Below are positions 54,428-63,827 of a stretch of 64,000 nt of DNA, piece after piece. Position numbers and translations under genes: made by a program. Positions within the stretch are counted from its first letter, which is position 1. Each line of letters starts with the position of its first letter. The notes below the pieces were generated by a model. The model worked only from the letters and a program-made list of their open reading frames with translations, made no database searches and was not told the origin of the DNA. The stretch is from an uncultured virus (IMG/VR IMGVR_UViG_3300030419_006277) (Duplodnaviria; Heunggongvirae; Uroviricota; Caudoviricetes), in the IMG/VR virus record IMGVR_UViG_3300030419_006277, positions 1-64,000 of that record; one strand, given 5' to 3'.

Positions 54428-55460
54428 TAGCCTGGTCGTTATTTTTTAGTTCTTTGATTGTAAGGTGAGTTGGGTTACAACAAAAGGGTTTACAGGTTTT
54501 TTTATTAAAAATCCGGTATTTCCCGGTATATCCTCTGCTGAGCCAGAAGGCAATCCTAGCTGCTGACTGGGTTTTAGCGGAATGAAATGGAGAGGGGAAG
54601 TATGCTGTTGATTCAGTATTGTTCTTTCTAGTAGCTCCTTGCCAGACCCAGCAATCATCTTTTTCTCTTATATCGACTTGTTCCCAAAATCTCTTAACTT
54701 GCCAATACCAACGAAAATCAAAGTTAGTTACATCAATTTCGCATCTACCTTGTTTTATTTCTTCCATACAATCTAAGCATTCTCCCATTGCTCCGAAGTT
54801 ACCTTTATGCTTGGTACCACCTTTTTGATGCCATGGGCATTCTAATTCGTTAGTCACGTGATAATTTAAATTAAACTTCTTTGCTTCAGTATTGTAGTTG
54901 GTTGTCAAATATTCACAGGTTGAGTCGACGCTTTTCCAAATATCTTGTGAATTTCTGTTATTAGATTCTTCTTCATACGTTTCATAATTACATATTCTTC
55001 GTACTACGTGGTAAGGAATTTTATGTATTTTTGATAGTTTTAAACTACTAATTCCGGATTGGTTTTCCTTTCTTAATTTAGTTATTAAAGTCGTATTAAC
55101 ACCATTATTACGTCTTTGAGAGTTCTCATAAGCGACGTCAGCCCTCGTGCCCCAGTAATAGTGAGATGGATTTAAACAATAATTTGAAGTGCAAACGGCT
55201 CTTCTTACGATGACGGATTCTGAATTTAGTGGTTTACAACCGGCAATTGCAAGTAATAGAGGTCTGGCATCACGCCCTCTGTAAAAGAGTCGATTGGCTT
55301 TATTAGTCGTAAATCCTTGAAAAATAGCATGATTATTTTTTTTCAAGCACCAGCATTTGTCTTTTCCTAGTAGCTGCAATGATATTTGCATCGCTTTCGC
55401 AAAAATCACTTGGTCATAAGGGGTTAAATCCTCGTATAGGAATGTAGTTTCTTCCTGCAT
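54345..55460 (-). CDS. Tandem His-Me-finger (HNH-like) Zn-binding protein with HTH
   Basis: CW...C...CLNPSH..WGT and CWVWQG...ARIAF.L...C..FCCNPTHL. Confidence 0.75.
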   Translation of the reverse strand: MQEETTFLYEDLTPYDQVIFAKAMQISLQLLGKDKCWCLKKNNHAIFQGFTTNKANRLFYRGRDARPLLLAIAGCKPLNSESVIVRRAVCTSNYCLNPSHYYWGTRADVAYENSQRRNNGVNTTLITKLRKENQSGISSLKLSKIHKIPYHVVRRICNYETYEEESNNRNSQDIWKSVDSTCEYLTTNYNTEAKKFNLNYHVTNELECPWHQKGGTKHKGNFGAMGECLDCMEEIKQGRCEIDVTNFDFRWYWQVKRFWEQVDIREKDDCWVWQGATRKNNTESTAYFPSPFHSAKTQSAARIAFWLSRGYTGKYRIFNKKTCKPFCCNPTHLTIKELKNNDQANEVKRIRLNHGNIFEHYKKKQSSIQGK

Positions 55461-55855
55461 TTAGTAGGGTACAAATGTGTGTATCTTGACTGCCTAGTTA
55501 TAGCAATGGAATTTGTTTGACAGTCAAATATTAAAATTTTTTACTCTTTTTATTTACTTCTAAGAAAGATGAGGTTAGGTACATGACTGTAAAATTTCTA
55601 TATATACTCTTATATACCTATCCACAACATACACATACCTAACTAAAACCTATTAATTTTTAACGGTTTTGTGTGTTCAATCAAATCCCTTGCGGTATCT
55701 AGGGTTTTTATAAAAAATTAGGCTTTTATCGATTTTCCCTACCTATTGTTACAGCTTAATAGAGTCTAAATTCGGTGAAAATGCTTTTTGGGTTAGGTAG
55801 GTGAATGTAAAAAACCCCTGTGAATGTACCTGACAGTTAACTGCCTATCCACAAC
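55461..55855. other. AT-rich non-coding region with short repeats
   Basis: CCTATCCACAAC x2, GGTTAGGTA x2 plus an inverted copy, GTGAATGTA x2. Confidence 0.5.
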
Positions 55856-56015
55856 GATGACTTGATACTTCTTCGAATAGCTCGGCGTAAATTTTTGCTT
55901 GATAGTCGTCATCAGCTATGCGGCATACTCCTCCGCCAGGGACACATACTCGGTAACTTTTTCTTCCGTGCTTATGCAATATTTCGATAGTTGTTCCGTG
56001 CGGGTAAGTTGTCAC
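55845..56015 (-). CDS. 56-aa hypothetical protein (MTTYPHGTTIEILH...YRVC.PGGGVCR)
   Basis: Manual translation from GTG. Confidence 0.5.
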   Translation of the reverse strand: MTTYPHGTTIEILHKHGRKSYRVCVPGGGVCRIADDDYQAKIYAELFEEVSSHRCG

Positions 56016-56072
56016 TTTATCTACCGTTTCCCGATGATAATATTATAAGAAATAGATACAAAAAATAAAGCT

Positions 56073-56978
56073 GTGGAATTTGTTCCAAGTCCTATTCGTT
56101 TTGCTTCCGATATATTTAGTCGAATGAAAGCTGCTCCTACTCGTTGGGGAGGTCGTCTGCAAGGTTTAGGTCAGAACTTCGGATTTTTAAAGAATACGGC
56201 TGCACCTGGGTTAAAAAATGTCAAACCTAGAGGAGTTGGTCTTGGAGGACCGATTGCGCTTTTGGATGCCGGAGTTAGGGTAGCTAGCGGTGAAAATCCT
56301 TATCTTGCAGGTGGACGTGCTTTATCTGGATGGGGAGGAGGAGTTTTAGGAGCAGGATTAACGGCACCTGTTCCAGTCCCAGGAGCTAGGATTGCTGGAG
56401 GTATTGGTGGATATGGAGCAGGAACAGCTTTATTTGATACTACTGTTGCAAGAGCTACTGATGATAGAGGTCTTTCAGGTTTATTCAGAGGTAAGGGATG
56501 GAATAGTCCATTTGCTCCATCTCCTGAAGCGGTGAGACTGGCAGGGGATACAGACATTACATCTGGTACAGATATGGCAAATGTCCCTGTTACAGAAGGA
56601 TCTGGTACAAAATTAATTCAAACAGAAAATGGCACAGTAATGAGAGTGCCTGTAGACCAGGATCTATCTGGGTCTACGACTATTCAAACAGATCTAGAAC
56701 CAATAGAAAATGAAATAAATTACGATATTATCCCTAAAGAAGAGAGTATTAGACAGGGTGAAACCGCAAAAGCTAAATGGTTATATGACACTCGTAATAG
56801 CCCAGCTGCAAGAGCTGGTGTCTTTAGTGATGATGAAAGATGGGCGCTTCAGCAGAAAGATAGAGATTTCCAGGAATCTAAGAGGACTGGGACACTTGAT
56901 GAATTCGCTAAGAAGTATCCAAATTCTCAGACAGCTAAAAGAAGAAATTGGAATCCTCGGATGGGCAGACGTTCTTAG
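56073..56978 (+). CDS. Glycine-zipper putative virion/ejection protein
   Basis: GGGVLGAGL...GARIAGGIGGYGAG. Confidence 0.65.
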   Translation: MEFVPSPIRFASDIFSRMKAAPTRWGGRLQGLGQNFGFLKNTAAPGLKNVKPRGVGLGGPIALLDAGVRVASGENPYLAGGRALSGWGGGVLGAGLTAPVPVPGARIAGGIGGYGAGTALFDTTVARATDDRGLSGLFRGKGWNSPFAPSPEAVRLAGDTDITSGTDMANVPVTEGSGTKLIQTENGTVMRVPVDQDLSGSTTIQTDLEPIENEINYDIIPKEESIRQGETAKAKWLYDTRNSPAARAGVFSDDERWALQQKDRDFQESKRTGTLDEFAKKYPNSQTAKRRNWNPRMGRRS

Positions 56979-57019
56979 GGAATATCTTTAATTTATAATT
57001 AGTGTAAGTAATCACTAGT

Positions 57020-57256
57020 TTGATGAATAACGCAGGATTTGATCCTTCAGGATTAACAATGGATGAAGGATTAGGTGATCCTCGTCGACAATCAAAATTA
57101 CCAGGTGGCTATGCCACTCAAGGTCAATCAGTTAGTGCTCCATATGCGGAAGCAAATATGAAAGCTGCTGAAAAGACTAATCCAATGAATGCCGCATCTC
57201 AAGAACCAACTACTGGTGAAAGAGTTGATGACTTTCTCTCAAGAATAGGAGCTTAA
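57020..57256 (+). CDS. Hypothetical protein
   Basis: ORF downstream of TATAAT. Confidence 0.6.
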   Translation: MMNNAGFDPSGLTMDEGLGDPRRQSKLPGGYATQGQSVSAPYAEANMKAAEKTNPMNAASQEPTTGERVDDFLSRIGA

Positions 57257-57258
57257 TT

Positions 57259-57657
57259 ATGGCTGGGTATGGAAAGTTTTTAGGAGGTGGTTTTGCTTCT
57301 CTTGGAGACAAGATTGGTGAAAATGTTTCTAACTTTGACAAAGATTCTAGAGGATTTCTTAAGAAGAATCCTTGGGCTTTAGGTGCTGCTGGTTATGGAT
57401 TGAAAGCCGCCGGGTTGTTGGATAATCCATCTGTAGGACTTAGTGCACTTTCTGAACCTTCAAAGGCATTCGGTGGACTTGCTGGTAATGCTATTGGCGG
57501 ACTTGTTGGTGCTGGTAAGGGAAAAGATTTTCTTAGTGGGTTTTTAGGAAGAAAGGGTCTTTTGGGAGGATCAGGTAGCGGAAGTGGCGGCGCTCCTGGT
57601 TTTATGTCAGGAGTAGCTGGAGGTTTGGGAGGATTAGCTGGAAGTTTGTTTAAATAA
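57259..57657 (+). CDS. Gly-rich glycine-zipper protein
   Basis: GGLAG repeats. Confidence 0.65.
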   Translation: MAGYGKFLGGGFASLGDKIGENVSNFDKDSRGFLKKNPWALGAAGYGLKAAGLLDNPSVGLSALSEPSKAFGGLAGNAIGGLVGAGKGKDFLSGFLGRKGLLGGSGSGSGGAPGFMSGVAGGLGGLAGSLFK

Positions 57658-57863
57658 TGGGGGACACTGATTTTCCAGCAAGAATGGCTAACTGGGGAGA
57701 AGCTAAGGATAAAGCTACTCTTTGGAGGAGTGATTTCAGTGGGAAAGAATCCTTCAGTCAATCAGGAACGGGTATACCCACTTCAGGATATGAACGTGAT
57801 TATGAAGGAAGAGAAGGCACAGGTTTAGAGCCATATTTTAGAGAGAGGATTTTGTACGAGTAA
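57657..57863 (+). CDS. Hypothetical protein
   Basis: TAATG coupling. Confidence 0.55.
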   Translation: MGDTDFPARMANWGEAKDKATLWRSDFSGKESFSQSGTGIPTSGYERDYEGREGTGLEPYFRERILYE

Positions 57864-57896
57864 AATTGTAGATAACTGGGCCATTTAAAAAATTAG

Positions 57897-58718
57897 ATGT
57901 CACAAACTAAAGCTGAATTAATTCAGACTAAGAAACAGGGGGCCGTAAGTTTAGGGGATGCTGATTCTAGTCATTCAATAAAACTTAAAGCTCCGGCTAC
58001 GGTAGCTGCTGATAGAACCTGGACTTTACCTGCGTTAGATCCTACAGCGAACCAGGTATTAGGTGCTGATGCTAGTACTCCTACAAATTTAGAATGGAAA
58101 AATTCTGTTTTAGCTTCTACGGCTACAACAAAAGGAGACGTACTAGCTGCGACGGGATCAGCGGTTGTCACACGACTTGGAGTTGGCGCTAATGATACTG
58201 TATTAACTGCAGACAGTAGTGAAGCTACCGGTTTAAAATGGGCTTCAGCAGGAGGAGGTGCTTTTACAAAGATTTATAGGAAAACCACTACTACATCTAC
58301 CGCCATGAACTCAGGTAATGATCCTGTGCAGGTTGGTGGGGCTTCGATGGAAATAACATTCACTCCGCCAGCTTCCACAACATCTTACTTAGCTCACTAC
58401 TCAGGTCAGATTCATAGTGGTACTGATGACGGACAATGGGCTCCTCAATTTAGAATTTCTGATGACGATTTTAGCTCTCATACTTCTATTAATTTCGTTC
58501 ATAACACCTATGGTTTTGAGGATACAGAAAAACAAAGGAGGCAGGAAAATTGGTGGAGAGAATTTAAACCAGGCAGCACAAGTGAATGGAAGATTAGAAT
58601 ATACGCAGAGGTTCATAGCTCTGAAGGTGTTGACATTACTTTTGCCGGATGGGGCGGTGTTAACGCATTAACGCTTTATGAATTAGTTGACAGTGCGAAA
58701 TCCGGAGATTGGGGCTAA
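57897..58718 (+). CDS. Fibre/receptor-binding-like protein
   Basis: DADSSH.I.LKAPATV; TTKGD.LAA...RLGVG.N..VLTADS....GLKW. Confidence 0.75.
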   Translation: MSQTKAELIQTKKQGAVSLGDADSSHSIKLKAPATVAADRTWTLPALDPTANQVLGADASTPTNLEWKNSVLASTATTKGDVLAATGSAVVTRLGVGANDTVLTADSSEATGLKWASAGGGAFTKIYRKTTTTSTAMNSGNDPVQVGGASMEITFTPPASTTSYLAHYSGQIHSGTDDGQWAPQFRISDDDFSSHTSINFVHNTYGFEDTEKQRRQENWWREFKPGSTSEWKIRIYAEVHSSEGVDITFAGWGGVNALTLYELVDSAKSGDWG

Positions 58719-59086
58719 TGAAATATTTTAAAATAGACGCTATCAAAAGTTTGAAGCCTGATGTAAAGGCTTTCTATGTAGAAGATGGTGGTACTGGAGC
58801 TGTTACTTATACAGTTTCTGACGCATCAAATCCAACAGATTCACAAATAGCTGCTGAAATTACCAGATTAGATAATGCAGAACCTATGAGATTATTACGA
58901 GTAGAACGTGATAAAAGATTAGCTGCATCTGACTGGAGAGCATCTAGTGATTTAACAATCTCGGATGCATGGAAAACTTATAGACAACAATTGAGAGATT
59001 TACCAGCAGGTGCTAACCCTAAATTAAATGCTGGGTATAGACTGGATAAAACTTCAGTAACATGGCCAGAGGAACCCAAGTCATGA
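58709..59086 (+). CDS. Tail fibre assembly chaperone
   Basis: LR.ERD.RLAASDW...WK.YRQ.LRDLP...WPEEP. Confidence 0.8.
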   Translation: MGLMKYFKIDAIKSLKPDVKAFYVEDGGTGAVTYTVSDASNPTDSQIAAEITRLDNAEPMRLLRVERDKRLAASDWRASSDLTISDAWKTYRQQLRDLPAGANPKLNAGYRLDKTSVTWPEEPKS

Positions 59087-59154
59087 TTGGATGCTGAGTA
59101 GTAGAACAAAAATTAGGCGATTTAAACTAGTTAGATATAGTTCTTTGCAATTAG

Positions 59155-60960
59155 ATGCCATACTTAGGTAAACAACCTGTTAGGGGTCAGAATCGTGAAT
59201 TAGACGATATTTCTGGAAGTTTTAATGGAAGTAATGCAGCATTCACAATGCAAGTCTCAGGTAGTAATAGCTCGGCTGGAAGTGTAAATCAACTTTTTAT
59301 AAGTATTGGTGGGGTAATGCAGAATCCTGGGACGGATTTTACAGTTGCTGGTAGTACTCTTACTTTTACAACTCCTCCTCCTGATGGGGCGTCTTTCTGG
59401 GGTTTAATACAAGGTGATTCAGTTGATATTAATACACCCGCCAATCAAAGTGTTACGGAAGCAAAATTAGATGCGAATTCTCCGACTAATGACTATGTTT
59501 TAACGGCTGATTCTTCTACTTCCGGGGGATTTAAGTGGGCTTCTGCTCCAAGTCTTGTGAAATTATCCGATCCAATAATTACTGGAGACACAGATATAGC
59601 TGATGGTGGTTCTGTTACTCATACAATTACCAACTGGTCCGATGATATTACTTATGTAAGGGTTCCAACCAACTGTACATTAGGAACAATTAATACATCA
59701 GGTGAATTTACAGTAACTGAAACAGCAGATCATCCTTCTTACACGATAAAAGCTACATCGACTTCTCTAGGTTTAGCCGATTCAACTGTAATAACTAAAA
59801 CATTAAAAACAAGATTATCTGCTCCTACTTTAAGTAGCCCTGCTGATAGTCCAACAAACACAAACGTTGCTTATACGATAACTTCAACCAACGCTAATGA
59901 TAATAAACTCGTATTAAACATTGGATCTGCAAACTTTACTTATCAAAGTGTTTCAGTAGGCTCTGCCTCCAAGGTTGGAAACACAGTTGAATGCACAGGC
60001 TTTACAACTAATAATCCTGTAGTCACTGTCCAGTTCACCGCGGAAGCTACTTACTCTGTAACTGCAGTTGCTAAGGATACGACAGGAACTTGGGGTGATT
60101 CAGTAGCTAGTGCTGCTGACAGTATTACTATTGCTAATACTTATGATGCTGATTTTCTAGTTATTGCAGGAGGTGGAGGAGCTAACGGAGCTTTCCACGG
60201 AGGAGGTGGAGCAGGAGGATATAGAAATTCTTATGGCTCAGAAGCTTCTGGAGCAAACAGTACTACAGAAAGTAATGCAGCACTCGCTCCTGGCACTGTT
60301 TATACAATTACAGTAGGTGCTGGAGGTATTGGCAACCCCAATCAAATATATGGAGCAACGGCTGGATCAGATAGCTCTATATCTGGTACAGGCTTAACAA
60401 CAATTACTTCAGTAGGCGGAGCAGCCTCTGATGGTGACGGAGGATGTGGAGGTGGAAAAAGTAGATACTCAGGAACTGGCGGATCTGGAACTGCTAACCA
60501 AGGTAAGGACGGAGGAGATCATGACGGTGGAACGGCTCAGGATAAAACAGGAGGAGGAGGGGGTGGTTCTTCTCAAGACGGCCACAATGCCACCGCTATA
60601 GATAACGCAGGAAACGGAGGTAATGGCCTATCATCTTCTATAACTGGTTCTGCTGTTACTCGTGGAGGAGGCGGGGGCGGTGGAACGCGTGGACAGGGAG
60701 CTGGATCAGGAGGATCAGGAGGAGGAGGTGCTGGAGCAAATAGTGGAAATGGAACAGCAGGGACTGCAAATACTGGAGGAGGAGGAGGTGGAGGTGCTTT
60801 GAGTGGTCAATACTATGCAGGAGGTGCAGGTGGATCTGGCGTTGTTATTATTAGGATGTTGGGTACTAATTATTCAGGAACAACTCAAAATGGGACTGTT
60901 ACAACGGATGGGAACGATAAAGTTATTGTATTCAATCAGTCAGGTACATTAACAGGTTAA
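59155..60960 (+). CDS. Fibre protein with glycine-rich domain
   Basis: LDDISGSFNG N-terminal module; LVIAGGG...GGGGAGG; GTANTGGGGGG; GGSGVVIIR. Confidence 0.8.
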   Translation: MPYLGKQPVRGQNRELDDISGSFNGSNAAFTMQVSGSNSSAGSVNQLFISIGGVMQNPGTDFTVAGSTLTFTTPPPDGASFWGLIQGDSVDINTPANQSVTEAKLDANSPTNDYVLTADSSTSGGFKWASAPSLVKLSDPIITGDTDIADGGSVTHTITNWSDDITYVRVPTNCTLGTINTSGEFTVTETADHPSYTIKATSTSLGLADSTVITKTLKTRLSAPTLSSPADSPTNTNVAYTITSTNANDNKLVLNIGSANFTYQSVSVGSASKVGNTVECTGFTTNNPVVTVQFTAEATYSVTAVAKDTTGTWGDSVASAADSITIANTYDADFLVIAGGGGANGAFHGGGGAGGYRNSYGSEASGANSTTESNAALAPGTVYTITVGAGGIGNPNQIYGATAGSDSSISGTGLTTITSVGGAASDGDGGCGGGKSRYSGTGGSGTANQGKDGGDHDGGTAQDKTGGGGGGSSQDGHNATAIDNAGNGGNGLSSSITGSAVTRGGGGGGGTRGQGAGSGGSGGGGAGANSGNGTAGTANTGGGGGGGALSGQYYAGGAGGSGVVIIRMLGTNYSGTTQNGTVTTDGNDKVIVFNQSGTLTG

Positions 60961-60962
60961 TT

Positions 60963-61331
60963 ATGGCTCATTTCGCAAAAGTACAAAACGGAAAAGTATT
61001 AAGGGTCATAGTTGCTGACCAAGCTTTTGTTGATGCTTATGTGGATGGTGTACCAGGAAAATGGATACAAACTTCATATAACACAAGACATGGTAAACAT
61101 TACGATCCAAAAACCGGAAAAGAGGATGACGGAACTCCCCTCAGATATAACTTTGCAAGCCTAGGCGGTCACTACGATAAAGATGCTGATGCTTTTTATG
61201 CGGAACAACCTTTCGCTTCCTGGACTTTAAATAAATCAACATTTGAATGGGAACCACCTACAGCTTTACCTACAGATGGCAAAGCTTATAGATGGATTGA
61301 AGAGAGTAAGTCTTGGGTAGAGATACCTTAG
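60963..61331 (+). CDS. MAHFA-family fibre-associated protein
   Basis: MAHFA...WIQTSYNT...R.NFA..G..YD...DAF...QPF.SW.L. Confidence 0.8.
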   Translation: MAHFAKVQNGKVLRVIVADQAFVDAYVDGVPGKWIQTSYNTRHGKHYDPKTGKEDDGTPLRYNFASLGGHYDKDADAFYAEQPFASWTLNKSTFEWEPPTALPTDGKAYRWIEESKSWVEIP

Positions 61332-61361
61332 AGTACTAGCTCTCTCTGGTATTACTGGGTA

Positions 61362-62006
61362 ATGAAGGACGGGTTAACTTATGCCTTATTCCCTACTCCA
61401 TTACATCACAACAATATTGGGTATGACTATGAGCTTAAACTTTCTGATTTATGCCCTTGTTATGATTCTACTATTGGGCCAGAATCCCATGACAAGTGTA
61501 ATGGTTTAATTACGAGAGATCAAAATTATCTACTTAAACAGGAGAATCTTCTTTTAAGGCAAAAATTAGAAGAAGTTATAGAGAAATATTTACATGAGCA
61601 TTTAAAATTAAATTCTAAAATAGGTATAAGACATCAATGTAGCTGGGGGTTACTTCATAAAAGAGGTCACTATTCTCCAAAACATTACCATCGCAATTCT
61701 TGGCTATCTGGTATTTATTATTTTCAGGTGAATTCTGATAGTGGCGATTTCGAAGTTACGGCAAGACCACCTTATGGATGGACTTGTAATTCGATAGCTC
61801 CTTTTGACGCTATCGATACGTATAATTCGTTAAATAGTCGAAGTACTACATTTAAACCAAAAAGAGGGGATGTATATTTGTTCCCTTCTCATTTAGAGCA
61901 TCATAGTTATATAAACAATAGTGACATTGATCGCGTATGTGTGAGTTTCAACTATACTTTAACTGGTTCTTGGGGATCTATGGGTGATCGAATCACTCTA
62001 AATTAA
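61362..62006 (+). CDS. Putative 2OG-Fe(II) oxygenase (TIGR02466-like)
   Basis: LFPTP; H.H.NSWLSGIYY; P..GD.YLFPS.L.H; R.CVSFN. Confidence 0.85.
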   Translation: MKDGLTYALFPTPLHHNNIGYDYELKLSDLCPCYDSTIGPESHDKCNGLITRDQNYLLKQENLLLRQKLEEVIEKYLHEHLKLNSKIGIRHQCSWGLLHKRGHYSPKHYHRNSWLSGIYYFQVNSDSGDFEVTARPPYGWTCNSIAPFDAIDTYNSLNSRSTTFKPKRGDVYLFPSHLEHHSYINNSDIDRVCVSFNYTLTGSWGSMGDRITLN

Positions 62007-62635
62007 TGGAACTTTTACCTTTATTTGCCTCTAATGTATTCAAAGTATGTATAGAAGAGGATACCGATTCTCTTCTTAATGAAGAGTCTTTTAGTAATTC
62101 TGTTGAACAAGATAGACAGGAAGGTCTTTACAGTGTTGGGTGCTTAGACAAAGCAAATCAAAATATAAGAGTTTTAGACCGCCATCCTGAAGTAGCACGG
62201 GTATTGCTAGATAAATGGATGATTATTGCAAGAGAGGTTCTTAATTATAATTGTAAATTTGTTCTTACTACGTCTTGGATAACTAAAAATTATAAAGGTA
62301 TGAGTTCTCAGGAACATCATCATAAGAATAGTTTTTATTCTGGGATTTACTATTTTGATGATTATGATGAAAATGTAGGAAAGCTTATATTCAGCAGTCC
62401 TTTAGCAACCTTTCCAGATTTTTTAATAGAACCAACTGAATACCATATAAAGAACTGCCCGGCTTGGATACATATTCCAAAAGCAAAAGAACTGGTGCTT
62501 TTTCCTAGTTATCTGAATCATCAAGTACTACCTCATGGTAGTGATAAGCCAAGGAGATCTTTAGCTTTTAATATCGTTCCTACAGGAATTTATGGGATAG
62601 GTGATTCTAAGTTGGATACTAAATGGCTCTCATGA
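62006..62635 (+). CDS. Putative 2OG-Fe(II) oxygenase (TIGR02466-like)
   Basis: H.HKNSFYSGIYY; LVLFPSYL.H.V; R.SLAFN. Confidence 0.85.
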   Translation: MELLPLFASNVFKVCIEEDTDSLLNEESFSNSVEQDRQEGLYSVGCLDKANQNIRVLDRHPEVARVLLDKWMIIAREVLNYNCKFVLTTSWITKNYKGMSSQEHHHKNSFYSGIYYFDDYDENVGKLIFSSPLATFPDFLIEPTEYHIKNCPAWIHIPKAKELVLFPSYLNHQVLPHGSDKPRRSLAFNIVPTGIYGIGDSKLDTKWLS

Positions 62636-63117
62636 AAATAATCCCTGACTTTTTACCTGAAGACTATTTTGCAAGCATAGAAAAGGATCTTGTATGGAAT
62701 CACCAATTTCCATACTATTTATTAGATAAATGCAATTCATCTCAAACAGATGATAGTCAGTGGATGATGAGTCATACAGGATATATAGAAGATACTGCTA
62801 GAACTGATCTATATACTGGAATGTTACGAGCTATACACATGCTTCCAGATTTTAGAACCTTAATTAGATTAAAAGCTAATTTTTATCCACAAACTACTGA
62901 GATGGTTGAACATGCTCGTCATGTTGATTTCGATTTCTCTCATCATGGAGCAATTCTTTCTTTAAATACTTGCGATGGATTCACAAGATTAGAAGATGGT
63001 ACAAAAGTAGAGAGTGTAAGAAATCGATTATTAATTTTTGATGGTTCGACTATGCATAATTCTTCTACTACTACCGATGCTAAAGGCAGGTTTAATATAA
63101 ATATTAATTATTTATGA
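62623..63117 (+). CDS. Putative 2OG-Fe(II) oxygenase
   Basis: LIRLKAN; HVD; NTCDGFT; NRLLIFDG...H; RFNININY. Confidence 0.85.
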   Translation: MALMKIIPDFLPEDYFASIEKDLVWNHQFPYYLLDKCNSSQTDDSQWMMSHTGYIEDTARTDLYTGMLRAIHMLPDFRTLIRLKANFYPQTTEMVEHARHVDFDFSHHGAILSLNTCDGFTRLEDGTKVESVRNRLLIFDGSTMHNSSTTTDAKGRFNININYL

Positions 63118-63133
63118 ATCTTGTATACAGCAT

Positions 63134-63161
63134 AAAAACCCCACCGAACCACCAGTGGGGT
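63134..63161 (-). terminator. Terminator downstream of hli
   Basis: ACCCCACTG-GTGGTT-CGGTGGGGT-TTTT. Confidence 0.7.
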
Positions 63162-63205
63162 AATCATGCAGACTGACCACTCTCGATTTAGTGACCAGAG
63201 TTATT

Positions 63206-63397
63206 TTAGAAGATTCCTGGGATAATTTGGCCAGTTGTTACATATGCTCCTAAAGCTGCAATAAAACCGATCATTGCCCAACGACCGTTAGCTTTTTCAG
63301 CGGCTTCGACGTATGAAGCTTCGCCTTCCATTACCGCAACTTGTGGCTCACGTGCGAAAACGTTTTGTCTTCCACCAGATTCGTTAGTAACAGTCAT
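63206..63397 (-). CDS. hli: High-light-inducible protein (phage-type)
   Basis: AEKANGRWAMIGF chlorophyll-binding motif; TGQIIPGIF terminus. Confidence 0.95.
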   Translation of the reverse strand: MTVTNESGGRQNVFAREPQVAVMEGEASYVEAAEKANGRWAMIGFIAALGAYVTTGQIIPGIF

Positions 63398-63479
63398 TTC
63401 TTAAGTAAGTATTTATTCTTATATTTTACATGAAGTTTTATTAATTTTAGGTATTTATTACTATTTTGATTTCAAGATA

Positions 63480-63770
63480 TTATTCTTTGACTTCATAAAA
63501 AGTATATTTTAGGAAGAGTTCTTCTCCTTTTTTTATAGGATTTTTAGTTTTTATAAAATAAAAACCGTCATCAAAATATTTAAAGCAATTAGGGTCATCA
63601 GAGTGGTTTATAAATCCTCCTAAAGGAGTTCGATATATTACTTCCCCTATGAGTACATGAGACATTCCTAAGAAAGAGTCAGCAGGTATATCTTTTTTAG
63701 CAAAGATTCCTTGACCGGATATAGGACTATCCTGTACATGTAATTCTTTTGGTAGTGCTTGGTAACTCAT
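63480..63770 (-). CDS. Minimal SET-domain protein
   Basis: S.I.G.GIFA..DI; FINHS.DPN; I..GEEL...Y. Confidence 0.85.
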   Translation of the reverse strand: MSYQALPKELHVQDSPISGQGIFAKKDIPADSFLGMSHVLIGEVIYRTPLGGFINHSDDPNCFKYFDDGFYFIKTKNPIKKGEELFLKYTFYEVKE

Positions 63771-63806
63771 AAAAATACCCTACTAGAGAAGACTAGCAGG
63801 GTATTT
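63771..63806 (-). terminator. Terminator downstream of the beta-barrel gene
   Basis: AAATACCCTGCTAG-TCTTCT-CTAGTAGGGTATTT followed by TT. Confidence 0.75.
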
Positions 63807-63827
63807 GTTTACTTTTTAGCGTTTAAT

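Noticed and set aside
55468..55481. Second LexA box (GGTACAAATGTGTG)
   Set aside because: The right half-site deviates from GTWC.
60160..60840. GGA/GGT-rich repeats as a non-coding repeat element
   Set aside because: They are 3-nt periodic and explained by poly-Gly coding in the fibre protein.
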